A stretch of DNA of 40,320 bases from the IMG/VR virus record IMGVR_UViG_2698536428_000017; one strand, 5' to 3'. Shown here in pieces: positions 1 through 9,567 of this stretch. The DNA comes from a virus. Taxonomy: Duplodnaviria > Heunggongvirae > Uroviricota > Caudoviricetes. Position 1 is the stretch's first letter. Each line of letters starts with the position of its first letter. The translations under genes were made by a program, and so were the position numbers. A model generated the notes under the pieces. That model made no database searches. It was not told the origin of the DNA and was given only the letters and a program-made list of their open reading frames with translations.

Positions 1-351
1 TTCTCCCAAACCAAGGTTTTCGAGAGCCGTTTTCACCGTGCCATCCGATTTGATATCACCAAACGGATTCTTGCGGCTCAGGTATTCAACAGCAAACCCC
101 GATCCCAGCAATTCAACAAAACCGGGCAGATCACCATTATCAAGCACATCCCGTTGCGTTTTGTCACTTACAAACTGGGCCAGAGCTGCAGCAATAAAGC
201 TGGCCTGCCGAATAACCTTATTGACTTGCGCACTGGATGCTTTCCCTGCTGTAAATCCGGATAAAAGCGCAGGCAACGCTTCCCATTCCTCCTGCGACAT
301 AACATTGGCATTTTTACCCGTTGCGAATGCTTTAAAGTCATTTTTTGCCAT
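1..351 (-). CDS. Tail fibre protein, N-terminal part (partial; continues beyond window start)
   Basis: ATG at 351..349 overlaps stop of upstream gene (ATGA); frame open to position 1 by manual translation ([33 protein letters not shown]...); lies after the baseplate wedge genes. Not in ORF track because no stop in window. Confidence 0.5.
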   Translation of the reverse strand, partial: MAKNDFKAFATGKNANVMSQEEWEALPALLSGFTAGKASSAQVNKVIRQASFIAAALAQFVSDKTQRDVLDNGDLPGFVELLGSGFAVEYLSRKNPFGDIKSDGTVKTALENLGLGE

Positions 352-1031
352 CAGAGTAATACTCCCCATGCCCCTACATCAAAACCACTGATGAATTCGT
401 TATCCATATCAAAACCAAAAAATTTTGAACCTTCCGATGGGGTTTCCACCGAAGGTGTTTCAATGCCACCCGCCCACACCCCGGCGGCTTTTACTGTGAG
501 ATATCCCTGTTTAATTGCAGCAATTAACTCACGCGATACATCTGAAATATCAGTATCAGGAAAGACCCAGACCGATATCGTCATGTCCTGGTTATCGACA
601 ATCTGCATTCGCAGCCCGGATCCTGCTGTTGCCGCGTCAAGAATTGCCGGAAGCGAATCATTCCGTCCGTCCCAGTTATTAATCGCAATCTTCGCTTTAA
701 GAATGACACGATAAGTTTCATCGCTGAGATACATGTATCCAGAATCAGGATCATATGGCCCCTGCCATACCCCCTGATCATATCCAAGCCCGTCGGTATC
801 CCAGCTGAAATAGACACCTGAGATAGGCTGGCTGACAACACGGCTACGTCCGATCCACAATCCCAGAATGTCAAGTTGCACACCAACCGCAGAGTCAATA
901 TCAAATGCAGTAATCAGCCCTCTGGTGGCAGCCGCAACATCAATAAGCGGCCGGGTCATCAGATCAACATGCGCAAGAAATTTAGGTTTGGTGGCGTGGT
1001 AGTTCGTGATTAGTTCGGTGTATTTGCTCAT
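351..1031 (-). CDS. Baseplate wedge protein (Mu gp48 / P2 gpI-like by position)
   Basis: 226 aa ORF, ATG at 1031..1029 overlapping stop of upstream J-like gene; position between J-like gene and tail fibre. Confidence 0.5.
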   Translation of the reverse strand: MSKYTELITNYHATKPKFLAHVDLMTRPLIDVAAATRGLITAFDIDSAVGVQLDILGLWIGRSRVVSQPISGVYFSWDTDGLGYDQGVWQGPYDPDSGYMYLSDETYRVILKAKIAINNWDGRNDSLPAILDAATAGSGLRMQIVDNQDMTISVWVFPDTDISDVSRELIAAIKQGYLTVKAAGVWAGGIETPSVETPSEGSKFFGFDMDNEFISGFDVGAWGVLL

Positions 1032-2227
1032 GACTCCACCGTTATAACGATATTTTCCGGGGTACAGGACGCAGATTCGTTGTATCTGATATCAATGTTT
1101 GATGACGACAAAGCCCCCGGGGATTTCCCAATCGTCAGTTCCTGAATATCGTAATAGCGTGCATTCCCGCCACTCACCACGCCAAGATTGGCCGGTGAGT
1201 AAATGCGACTTAAAAGGACTGAATCACCAATCGTCAGACTATTGATATAGTCGGAAATAGCCTGCTGGATCTGCTGCCCTATCTGTGAGGTATAACCCGT
1301 AAAAACTTTTAATTTAATCCGGGCATAAACAGGTACATCACTGGAACGCGAGAATTTGATTACATGGGGATTGCCGTATTTATCCGGAACCGTAACGGAT
1401 GTTGTACCGTGAGTGGCTGTCCCCTGACCTTTATTCCCTCTGATAGCCTGAGCAATATCCGTCACATCACCGCCATCCACAATTACAGCAACAGAGTGTG
1501 GTGGTAACCCGTTACCGTCCTCCGAACCAGTATCGTTTTCATAGAGTTTGTGGCGGGTTACACCGGTAACATTAGAAACAGCACCATCCAGTGCTTCAAA
1601 TGGGGTTATTGATGGCAATGCAACACTTTGCGACTGGCGGATACGTAACTCCGCGTCAGTTTCTGCCGGAGTGCCCACAGTAGCTGCAGCAGGATTGGTT
1701 ACCGAAACCCAGCCACGGGTTGGCGTATTAATTTCAGTGATAGTTCCAGCCAGCGCCGCCACTGCACCACTGACGGAACATGTTGCGGTCACCATCACTG
1801 TACCATCCACGCCGACCACCACTGAAGCAGGCAAACGCCATATCACATTATTACTGTCTTTCACGCTGCCATTAATGATGGTTGTTCCGGCAGTTCCTGT
1901 AAGAAGCAAATCAACCGTAGAATTCGTCGCGCCTTTACGTGAAATACCATTTATTTTCACGTTACTGGTCAGTGCGGCCCCATAGCCGGTTGCTGGTGAA
2001 AAACAGTTGTAGACAGTTATCGCCATATTATTGGCATCATGAATCGCCAGCGCCATCAGAGCCACCATCTGACCGTCTTTACTGTCCGGTTCGAGGTAGG
2101 CATCACTACCATAAATCTGCTGAAAATAGCTAATCAGGGTGCTGAGTATCGTCTGATAATCAGGCGCACTGATCCCCTCCGCGGTTACCTTTGCAGATAA
2201 ACCGAGAGAATCAAGGTTCAGAGCCAT
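1028..2227 (-). CDS. Baseplate J-like protein
   Basis: 399 aa ORF, translationally coupled to neighbours; size and position typical of baseplate J (Mu gp47-like). Confidence 0.5.
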   Translation of the reverse strand: MALNLDSLGLSAKVTAEGISAPDYQTILSTLISYFQQIYGSDAYLEPDSKDGQMVALMALAIHDANNMAITVYNCFSPATGYGAALTSNVKINGISRKGATNSTVDLLLTGTAGTTIINGSVKDSNNVIWRLPASVVVGVDGTVMVTATCSVSGAVAALAGTITEINTPTRGWVSVTNPAAATVGTPAETDAELRIRQSQSVALPSITPFEALDGAVSNVTGVTRHKLYENDTGSEDGNGLPPHSVAVIVDGGDVTDIAQAIRGNKGQGTATHGTTSVTVPDKYGNPHVIKFSRSSDVPVYARIKLKVFTGYTSQIGQQIQQAISDYINSLTIGDSVLLSRIYSPANLGVVSGGNARYYDIQELTIGKSPGALSSSNIDIRYNESASCTPENIVITVES

Positions 2228-2580
2228 TACGCCTCCGATGTAACAGTCGTTATTCCATAGAGAGTGTCGATTTCAGCGGAAAACATGACACGTCGGGTCG
2301 TGGTATCCACCGTCGTATTGAAAGAGAGGATTGATTTAACGCCCTGCGTTTCGAGGATGCGCTTACGGATCGCCAGGTTGTAAGTTTCTGGTTTTTGCCT
2401 GCCCAGCACGGACTGGATCCACGGTGTTCCCTCTGTGGTATCAAGAAACCATTGCCCATACCACAATTCGAATCGCGTTTTCACAGCCTGCGCTACGGCC
2501 TCAGGCGAGTTAATCAGCCAGGTGTCATCACCGCTGCCAAAGGTGTAATCGCCATCGGCGTCTTCACGTCTGTATCGCAT
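2227..2580 (-). CDS. Small baseplate protein (gp25/W-like by position)
   Basis: 117 aa ORF between spike-like and J-like genes; start and stop overlap neighbours. Confidence 0.4.
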   Translation of the reverse strand: MRYRREDADGDYTFGSGDDTWLINSPEAVAQAVKTRFELWYGQWFLDTTEGTPWIQSVLGRQKPETYNLAIRKRILETQGVKSILSFNTTVDTTTRRVMFSAEIDTLYGITTVTSEA

Positions 2581-3332
2581 CAGTTTACCCCGTCGGTACT
2601 GCTTCCACCACGCTGAACACCACCATGAGTGTGTGTATCATCGATTGGCTTGCCATTAGCCTTCACGCTCCCCAAAAACTCAACAGCACCAGTGATTTTT
2701 GAAGCCACACCAGAAACCACAGACCCCACCATGCCCCCCATCCAGGTTAACAGGCCATGAATGGTTACTTTCTCAGAAAAATCAGCCAGAGGGGCAACCA
2801 CATCAAGACCACCTGGAGCGACAATTTTAATTTTCCTGGTATCAGGATTAAGCTCAAAATAGGTGCTGCCGTCATCACTACGCAACTGTGTGGCACTGGT
2901 ATTAATACCGCTAATCTTCCTTGCCTGCGACTGGGGACCGACAATACAAAACGCATCCGATAAATCATGCATTCTGTCATCGACCGACTCCTGTATCCCG
3001 CCACTCTGCCACCAGAAATCAATACAACGATCGGCAAAAATCACCAAACATTCATCACCGGCTTTAACTGGGAACGTTAGCGTACATCCTCCGCCGCGCG
3101 GGAATACCACTGGCACATCCACCAGCAATGGGTAATTTTTGGTAATGCGGTTGCCGTCATTATCCTTTTCAACCGAACGGATAGCAGGCTGCACAACTGC
3201 CGTCACCGCATCAGGATCGAATGACTGAATAATGCCAGGCAAGGCGACACGGATCTGGTTCTTTGTTGTTTCCCGTTCAGATTTGAATGTTTCGGCAAGG
3301 TCGCCGCTGCGGGTCTGGTCAGATACTGCCAT
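2580..3332 (-). CDS. Baseplate central spike / assembly protein V-like
   Basis: 250 aa; segment GDECLVIFADRCIDFWW resembles the OB-fold region of gpV/gp45-type spikes; Gly-rich C-terminus; GGAG RBS upstream of ATG at 3332. Confidence 0.5.
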   Translation of the reverse strand: MAVSDQTRSGDLAETFKSERETTKNQIRVALPGIIQSFDPDAVTAVVQPAIRSVEKDNDGNRITKNYPLLVDVPVVFPRGGGCTLTFPVKAGDECLVIFADRCIDFWWQSGGIQESVDDRMHDLSDAFCIVGPQSQARKISGINTSATQLRSDDGSTYFELNPDTRKIKIVAPGGLDVVAPLADFSEKVTIHGLLTWMGGMVGSVVSGVASKITGAVEFLGSVKANGKPIDDTHTHGGVQRGGSSTDGVN

Positions 3333-3350
3333 TTAGTAGGCTCCAGAAAG

Positions 3351-3374
3351 CAAAAAACCCGCCGAAGCGGGTTT
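3351..3374 (-). terminator. Rho-independent terminator after the two-gene moron
   Basis: Minus-strand RNA reads CCCGC-UUCG-GCGGG followed by U6; the plus strand has no U-tract after the hairpin, so it is unidirectional. Confidence 0.6.
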
Positions 3375-3391
3375 GATAACGTTAATTTTAT

Positions 3392-3787
3392 TCATGAAAC
3401 TCTAGCAGACTTTAGCTGTTCCCAGCGCTCAAAATAGAGTTCAGCAGCCTCGATTGCATCCTGTCCCATCTCTTTCGAAACAGTCACATTCGTCAGATCA
3501 TAGTCAGCTTCATTTCTAGCATCCCGCCACTGGCGAAGTACGAAAGCTAGGGATTTCAGTGTATTTGTCGGGTATGGCTCTGATTTGCACTCTGAGGGCG
3601 TTGACATATAACCCACAGTATTTTTGTGATGCTCATGGGTAAAATGCGGTATGGCAGTAAGTGAGCTAATAGACTCATGTAACATACTGTAATACGCCCT
3701 TGAGATAGCGCTTCGAAATCCACTCTCAATATTTTCAGACAGACATAATCGAGCGGTATCGAGAATCTGATTGCTAGTTACCGACAT
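3392..3787 (-). CDS. Hypothetical protein (moron gene 2), 131 aa
   Basis: ATG start, overlaps upstream ORF by 14 nt; about 40% GC against about 52% in flanking tail genes; no family recognised. Confidence 0.6.
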   Translation of the reverse strand: MSVTSNQILDTARLCLSENIESGFRSAISRAYYSMLHESISSLTAIPHFTHEHHKNTVGYMSTPSECKSEPYPTNTLKSLAFVLRQWRDARNEADYDLTNVTVSKEMGQDAIEAAELYFERWEQLKSARVS

Positions 3788-4547
3788 GGTAGCTCACCCC
3801 CGTATGCAACTGACGCGGAGAGGTAAATCTAGCTAACAGGGAACAATCATCCAGTTTAGATTCAGCGCAGACTCTATCAGCCAAGTCGAAGTTCATTTTG
3901 GCAATAGTTTTAGGCTCAAGATTTTTAATATCAACAACATAGCAACCGCTTCCACTAAGCTGAACGAAACCTGTCGTAGCCTTGTATTCACTTAGCAAGC
4001 CCCAGATTATGGATGCTAAGGTCTGGAACTGTTCCTTCGAGCACTGTGTGGCGCTATAGAAATTATCCATTTCTGCAAGGAGTTCTTCTTTGTGCTTCAT
4101 AGCATTACTCCTGCCTTCTGATTCAGAAAGAAGCTTAATGTGCTCTTCCATATAAAATTTTAACTGTTCACGCTCGCCGCAACGGTACGCCCAACTGTAT
4201 GCGTTGTGACTAAAGAGTTTTGTCCGATACTTCTTTGCCAGCGGGACATAGACATCCTTGAGTTCATTATAGCTAAATGTATTAATTAAAATGTGATGAT
4301 AGTGCATTGCCAACGTTACATCGTTTACTTCTAGGCTTATCCTGAGATAACGTAACGCGCTTTCAATCTTTCCGGTTATTGCATCCAGATAAGATAGTGC
4401 AATGTTGGTAGCAGGCGTTGGAGAGACAGAAAGTTCCTCTCGAATTTTCTTTTCAGTGAAGGGATCTAAACTTTCCCTATCCAATAGAAGCGCATTGAAT
4501 TGTTCAATATATTTTTGCGCTTTTTCTAATGGGATGCCTGCCGCCAT
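3774..4547 (-). CDS. Hypothetical protein (moron gene 1), 257 aa
   Basis: ATG at 4547..4545; low GC; no recognisable catalytic motif; inserted between baseplate hub and spike genes. Confidence 0.6.
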   Translation of the reverse strand: MAAGIPLEKAQKYIEQFNALLLDRESLDPFTEKKIREELSVSPTPATNIALSYLDAITGKIESALRYLRISLEVNDVTLAMHYHHILINTFSYNELKDVYVPLAKKYRTKLFSHNAYSWAYRCGEREQLKFYMEEHIKLLSESEGRSNAMKHKEELLAEMDNFYSATQCSKEQFQTLASIIWGLLSEYKATTGFVQLSGSGCYVVDIKNLEPKTIAKMNFDLADRVCAESKLDDCSLLARFTSPRQLHTGVSYHVGN

Positions 4548-4576
4548 GGATTATTTCTCTTACTAAAGGGATTGTG

Positions 4577-4605
4577 ATTGTGAACTTTGAACAATATCTC
4601 GTCAA
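4577..4605 (-). promoter_or_regulatory. Candidate sigma70 promoter for the moron pair
   Basis: Minus strand TTGACG (4605..4600), 17 nt spacer, CACAAT (4582..4577), about 30 nt upstream of the 257-aa start; -10 match is weak. Confidence 0.3.
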
Positions 4606-4642
4606 CCTTAAAGCGCTCATCTCGGAAGATTGACATCAAACT

Positions 4643-4990
4643 TTAGCGTAACGCCTTTTTACAAGGGAATGATCCGATGATTTTAGGCGCATCCATGCTG
4701 TTCTGCAGAAGCTGGACGTTCAGGAAAGCTTTTCCGTTACGCTTCACAAACTCAAAGCCGTAATTGTTGCCATCGCGAGAAGGCATCAGGCCCATGTTAG
4801 TTTTAACGTTGTCCCAGTCATCTTTCTTACCAAGAAACGTAATCTTCTGTGATGTTACCTGTTCACCGTTGATTTTTGTCCAACCGTTATCAGCTGCATG
4901 AAGTAGATATCCGCCGCATTGCAAATCAGCAAAAGCTGCTGAACAAGAAAATAATAACGAAATTGTCAAAACTAACTTCATACGCTTCAT
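4643..4990 (-). CDS. Small secreted or lipoprotein, 115 aa
   Basis: N-terminal signal peptide (MKRMKLVLTISLLFSCSAAFA, AFA-D cleavage or lipobox-like LFSC); two Cys in mature part; about 42% GC; start overlaps stop of hub-like gene. Confidence 0.6.
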   Translation of the reverse strand: MKRMKLVLTISLLFSCSAAFADLQCGGYLLHAADNGWTKINGEQVTSQKITFLGKKDDWDNVKTNMGLMPSRDGNNYGFEFVKRNGKAFLNVQLLQNSMDAPKIIGSFPCKKALR

Positions 4991-6054
4991 GAATAAATCC
5001 TTTGCTGCGCTGAGGACGAAAGTAGATCAGCCGCGCCACGTGCTTCACACATCATATCCATGTACCACGCCTGCCCCCTTGTGTCGCCAGTGTACATAAT
5101 CCCACGCACAATATAAACGCCATCCGTTGCGATGCTGGCAGGCTGCGATGTGGTGCCGCTTAGCGTGATATTTCCATCCGTGTTCTGGTCGGTGATCTGA
5201 CCACCAGTCATCGCAATATCGTTGTTCGACAAGGCGGTACGATACACGGAAGCCTGATCCAGCTGAATGAGTCCGTTAACCCGGATGTTAGGATTAATAA
5301 GCGCGCGGACGTTTACGCCGTTACCGATAGTCTGCTGTGGCATGCCAATAAGCCCGGTAGCGCTGTTGAGCACAATCGCTTCATGAACATATTCGTTATT
5401 CGCCACCATCTGGCGTTGACCGTCCACAAATTGCCATGTTGCGCCACATTGACCAGCTACGTTATCCATAAGATGCCGCGTCATGCCAAAGAGTACCCGC
5501 CCCCGGGGGAATACAGTAGCAGGCATTTCAGGCGTCAGGCCTTCGGTCGCGCCTTTGGCTTCGAAGTCTTTCATCAGCGCACGGTTCACATCAGCGACCG
5601 TGTAACCGGCAGCCAGCGTCTGTGAGGTTATACTGGTGGCAAAAGCCAGATCAGTATCTGCTGCCTGAATCAGGACGTAGGTATCAACCGGACTGTCTTT
5701 TCCTGTGACCGAGTAGCGAATTTCACCGCTGAAAATCAGTCCGTAGTTGCGGCCATCTCTCTGGCCCACGTCCGCCGCGTCAACTTCCCGCACGGTCCCT
5801 ACGTCGCTTGCTGACGCCTCCGGCGCGATACCGTCGTAACCGGCAATCAGACGCACTTTCGAAAATTCCTGCCCGGTGATTCGGTTCACAGTATCTGCCG
5901 AGAGGTTATAAATTTTGATAGTCCCTACCCGGGACGCGCTGCTGATGTTGAACCAGTCGATCGTAAAGGTGACTTTGAAATCACTTAGCTCAATTCCCTG
6001 ACCGTTCCCGTCCACAAGCTGCAGCTCGAAATGTCTCATCCAGTTCTGTGACAT
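4987..6054 (-). CDS. Baseplate hub-like protein
   Basis: 355 aa ORF after tape measure and small tail genes; size and position only. Confidence 0.45.
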   Translation of the reverse strand: MSQNWMRHFELQLVDGNGQGIELSDFKVTFTIDWFNISSASRVGTIKIYNLSADTVNRITGQEFSKVRLIAGYDGIAPEASASDVGTVREVDAADVGQRDGRNYGLIFSGEIRYSVTGKDSPVDTYVLIQAADTDLAFATSITSQTLAAGYTVADVNRALMKDFEAKGATEGLTPEMPATVFPRGRVLFGMTRHLMDNVAGQCGATWQFVDGQRQMVANNEYVHEAIVLNSATGLIGMPQQTIGNGVNVRALINPNIRVNGLIQLDQASVYRTALSNNDIAMTGGQITDQNTDGNITLSGTTSQPASIATDGVYIVRGIMYTGDTRGQAWYMDMMCEARGAADLLSSSAQQRIYS

Positions 6055-6056
6055 GC

Positions 6057-6359
6057 TTACTCCGTTGATACCAGTAAATGACTGCGGCCGCCCAGATCAG
6101 TTTTCGTGGGATAATCCTGTGTGTTGTCATCGCAGACCACCACCAGCTTAAAACCAAGCCCCATACAGGCGTACTGCGCCAGCAGATCAGCGCCAGTGAC
6201 GAGAGGAATACCGGAGATTACCGGCTCCCCTCTGTCGTTCTGCAAGTCCATAATCCAGTAAGGATCGCGCCATATGATGCTAATCCGCCAGGTGACACCA
6301 CCCAGGACGATGCTGAACTGCTGGTTGTCCGCTGTCAGCGGAATTTCCTGAATTGTCAT
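6057..6359 (-). CDS. Small tail or baseplate protein
   Basis: 100 aa ORF, ATG at 6359..6357, tightly packed in tail operon. Confidence 0.45.
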   Translation of the reverse strand: MTIQEIPLTADNQQFSIVLGGVTWRISIIWRDPYWIMDLQNDRGEPVISGIPLVTGADLLAQYACMGLGFKLVVVCDDNTQDYPTKTDLGGRSHLLVSTE

Positions 6360-6946
6360 TAGCCGCCTCCCAGTAATGACGCCACGTTACCAGTGATGCT
6401 TTTCAGCAGTGAAGTATCTGGAGGCTTTGTGGTTTTGTTGCCGCTGTTCTGTACCGCCGACGTGCTGGCCCCTTCCTTCATGTTGGTTTTATCCGCGACG
6501 GTAATCTGCTGTGTCCGGGAGATAAGGACCTCCCTCAGGGTAAGGACGGCGGACAGGACATTTTCGGTTGTCTTGTCCGTCGTCACTTCCAGCGCCCGGA
6601 TCAACATGTTGCTGTACAGCCGTTTACCGGTTACCACATCGAAGGGGATACGGCTTTCCTGCAGATCCAGTAGCTCCTGATACGTCTGCTGAGGACTCAG
6701 GCCGAGCAGGCTGGTAGCCGTCAGGTTACTGGCAAAATCCAGCAATGTGCCGCCACCGGCGAAACCAACCTCCATCACCACTTCTGACGGTTTTTTATAG
6801 GCATGATCAGCGACAGCAGCCCCGACCTCTACCGGATGCTCGGTTATTTCAAGCATATCTGTATGCTTCTCTGAAATAACAACACTGGGAACAATCATTC
6901 CTATTTTTCTGCTCTGCTGATGGAAAAGTGTAGAGAGAATATCCAC
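6359..6946 (-). CDS. Tail protein following the tape measure
   Basis: 195 aa; GTG start overlapping tape measure stop with strong upstream Shine-Dalgarno; alternative ATG at 6898. Confidence 0.45.
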   Translation of the reverse strand: MDILSTLFHQQSRKIGMIVPSVVISEKHTDMLEITEHPVEVGAAVADHAYKKPSEVVMEVGFAGGGTLLDFASNLTATSLLGLSPQQTYQELLDLQESRIPFDVVTGKRLYSNMLIRALEVTTDKTTENVLSAVLTLREVLISRTQQITVADKTNMKEGASTSAVQNSGNKTTKPPDTSLLKSITGNVASLLGGG

Positions 6947-8934
6947 TAACCCACCCTCACCTGATTACTTCGCATGACCTGAGCATTTGCAGACTGTTGC
7001 CGACGTGCAACCTCATTACCGACAGCGTGCGGATCTCCGCCACCGTAAATGTGGTAGGTATTTTGCTGGTTAACCTCTGTCATTTTGCCACTAATTCCCG
7101 CCACGGCAGCCTTATTAATCAGCTCTCGAGAATAGATATTTCTTCCATTTTCATGCTGGATAATGCTGCTCATCAATGCTGACATGGTTTTCGGATCGCT
7201 CATATTCAGGGCAGCCCGGGGATCCACTCCCAGTCGTTGCGATACAGCCCTGATATACGCAGTTGTGTTGTTATTATCAGAGGCAGGTGCCCAGGTAGAG
7301 ATAATTTTTTCCACACTGTTTATTCCTCGCCCGGCGTACAACATTAACTGACGAGCAAGAGCCCGTAATCCATCAAAGGCAGTTTCAAATCTGGCAAATC
7401 GCCCGCCCGGGTGTTCAAGAGAAGCCCCCGCCTGACCAGCAAAATTAAGGTTTCCCGGATTGTTATTCCGTTCTCCTCGTTTCGTAGCCTGTGCATGTTG
7501 TTCCGGCTCATCATCACCAAACCAGCCGCGTACCGTCCGGCCCACACTGCGGGGATCGAATCCCCAGTGCTCTTTAATCCAGTCGGCTGTACTGTTAGCG
7601 CTGTCTGTAACCATCGGCATCGCTGACGGATTTTCGCTGCCCTGATTAAGTATCTGTTTGCCGATGCTGACGGCATCAGCCCAGCGTCCATCTTTGATAG
7701 CGTTAAGCAGGTCGGCAATCATGTTCAGCATTTTGCTGAATTCGCCCATCTGGTCGATGAAGTTGCTGAAATCCCACTTCAGGGACCATGATTTGGGGTC
7801 AATATTGAGTAGTTTCGCCAGCGCTTTCGCCAGATCGTTAACGGTCGTTTTAAGGTCACGAACCATCTTCAGCGCGGCATCGACCTCCGGTTTCCACTTG
7901 CCCCAGTCAATCAGGCTGTCGCCGCCTTCCTTCCAGGTCTGATAGTCCTCCCACAGGAGGGCAATCCCCGCCGCCAGCGCGGTAATGAGGCCAACCGGCG
8001 ACATCCAGAACGTACTGTTCAGAATGCGCAGCGCAATCGTCAGTGCGCCAAACAGCGAGATCAACTCCCGCGTTTGCTTATCCAGCGATTGCCACCAGGT
8101 GATAAGGCCTGATGTCCCCTCAATCAGTCTGAAGAACAGCCGCCCGATAATATCCCCGAGCGCCAGAATGCCTTTTATGGCTTTCGTCAAGGTCTGCTCG
8201 ATACGAGGGAAGTTGTCCAGGATATGGCGGCGCAGGGTGTCCAGCGAACCTGCAAGCCCACCCGCAAGATTAGAGCCGATTTTGTCACGGGCCATGCCTG
8301 CCATCGCGCTAAACTCACGCAAGGAGGTCATAAATTTGTTGGAGTTTCTGGCCGCCTCGTCAGCATTGAAGCCGATAGCTTTCGCCATTGCGCTGTACTG
8401 CCCGGAGAAGCCACCCACACCCCGGCGCATCGCCATAAGGGTATTTTCGTCAATGCCCAGCATCTGCGCATACTGGTTAGCCCGGTAATACGGCATGCTG
8501 CTGAGTTTCTGTCCAATACCCGTAAAGATAGCGGCCATGTCACGCATGTTACCGCTGGCATCACGGGTCTGTACGCCCAGGCGATTCAGAAATCCCTCCG
8601 CCCCGGGATTATTACGAATAAACCGGGAGAGGTTTTCCAGAGAAGATCGCGCAGCGTCCACGCTGCCGCCAACCTGCGAAACCGCATAGCCAATAGACTG
8701 AATTCCCTGGACTGTCGCGCCGGTGCGCTGTGACGCCCAGTAAAGATTATCCAGACCAGAGGCGATCTTAGCCGTGAAGGCCACCACGGACAGCGCAGCT
8801 CCTTCGACGGCCAGCCCCATTTTGATGACATTTGCAGTTGTACCGGCGAGGACAGAACCGAATTTTTTCGCTCCTGCATCATCCACACTGAAGCCAAGCG
8901 AGACGAGGAAATCTTTAATAGTCTCGGCGTTCAT
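6946..8934 (-). CDS. Tail tape measure protein
   Basis: 662 aa from ATG at 8934..8932 with GGAGAG RBS (track ORF begins at an upstream TTG); helical Ala/Gly/Ser-rich composition; follows chaperone gene. Confidence 0.7.
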   Translation of the reverse strand: MNAETIKDFLVSLGFSVDDAGAKKFGSVLAGTTANVIKMGLAVEGAALSVVAFTAKIASGLDNLYWASQRTGATVQGIQSIGYAVSQVGGSVDAARSSLENLSRFIRNNPGAEGFLNRLGVQTRDASGNMRDMAAIFTGIGQKLSSMPYYRANQYAQMLGIDENTLMAMRRGVGGFSGQYSAMAKAIGFNADEAARNSNKFMTSLREFSAMAGMARDKIGSNLAGGLAGSLDTLRRHILDNFPRIEQTLTKAIKGILALGDIIGRLFFRLIEGTSGLITWWQSLDKQTRELISLFGALTIALRILNSTFWMSPVGLITALAAGIALLWEDYQTWKEGGDSLIDWGKWKPEVDAALKMVRDLKTTVNDLAKALAKLLNIDPKSWSLKWDFSNFIDQMGEFSKMLNMIADLLNAIKDGRWADAVSIGKQILNQGSENPSAMPMVTDSANSTADWIKEHWGFDPRSVGRTVRGWFGDDEPEQHAQATKRGERNNNPGNLNFAGQAGASLEHPGGRFARFETAFDGLRALARQLMLYAGRGINSVEKIISTWAPASDNNNTTAYIRAVSQRLGVDPRAALNMSDPKTMSALMSSIIQHENGRNIYSRELINKAAVAGISGKMTEVNQQNTYHIYGGGDPHAVGNEVARRQQSANAQVMRSNQVRVG

Positions 8935-9111
8935 TATCCTCTCTCCATTTCTCAATGCGCCGCTGGTTATCCGCTTTTACCGCCAGATGGTCATTCAAGA
9001 GAGCAATGTCGTACAAATCGACAGAGCCATCTTTAAGTGCTGTATAAGGAATTAACCCGGCGTCAACCGGATTGAGAAGGTAGGACAGCCCGTCCGGCAG
9101 GCTGTTAAACG

Positions 9112-9564
9112 TCAGCCCTGTTGCAGGCTCTGCGTCGTGCTGGTAAGGGGTGTAGGCAAAAAATTTCCCAGCGAATCGGCGACCACCCGCGCCACCAGCT
9201 GCAGCATGACCAGCAGGTCAATATCATCAAACATCAGTTCGCCCTGGGTAAATACCGGCACCCATCCGTCCATATGACGCCGCGATACCACCGCAAGACA
9301 GGGATGAATAATCGCATCGGTGTCATCTTCGGTCAGGGAAGACAGTTCCTCAGCGATACGCGGGAGCATGGTTTCAAACACCGGTTTTAACTGCTCGAAT
9401 TTCACGGTGTCGATTTTGCCATCAGCAGGCAAACTGGAGCGAATGCTCCCGAAATCTGACATCATTCCCGCCAGCACCGGAAGAAGTTTACGGGTCACTT
9501 TCAGCTGGTCAAAAACGCTGAGTTTTGCCGCGCGATATTTCACGCCTTTAATTTCGAATTCCAT
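9112..9564 (-). CDS. Tail assembly chaperone (zero-frame product)
   Basis: 150 aa ORF between tube and tape measure genes, the conserved chaperone position. Confidence 0.6.
   Translation of the reverse strand: MEFEIKGVKYRAAKLSVFDQLKVTRKLLPVLAGMMSDFGSIRSSLPADGKIDTVKFEQLKPVFETMLPRIAEELSSLTEDDTDAIIHPCLAVVSRRHMDGWVPVFTQGELMFDDIDLLVMLQLVARVVADSLGNFLPTPLTSTTQSLQQG
9157..9163 (-). other. Predicted -1 programmed frameshift slippery site (T TTT TTG)
   Basis: Heptamer in zero frame (codons AAT TTT TTG) 14 codons before chaperone stop; manual translation shows the -1 frame open for about 80 codons to a TAA at 8917..8915. Confidence 0.45.
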
Positions 9565-9567
9565 ATA

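Noticed and set aside
38-391. Plus-strand ORF of 117 aa at the left edge
   Set aside because: Antisense to the tail fibre N-terminal coding region, which is open on the minus strand from 351 to 1 with a coupled start; treated as a shadow ORF.
3392-3787. HEPN nuclease motif in the 131-aa moron protein
   Set aside because: No Rx4-6H motif; the Arg-rich stretch RQWRDARNEADYD has no His at the expected spacing.
8935-8955. Upstream extension of the tape measure ORF (MRNGERI...)
   Set aside because: The track start corresponds to TTG; the extension consists of the Shine-Dalgarno sequence of the in-frame ATG at 8934. The same reasoning trimmed TTG or GTG-extended starts at 11734, 13139, 28594 and 39851.
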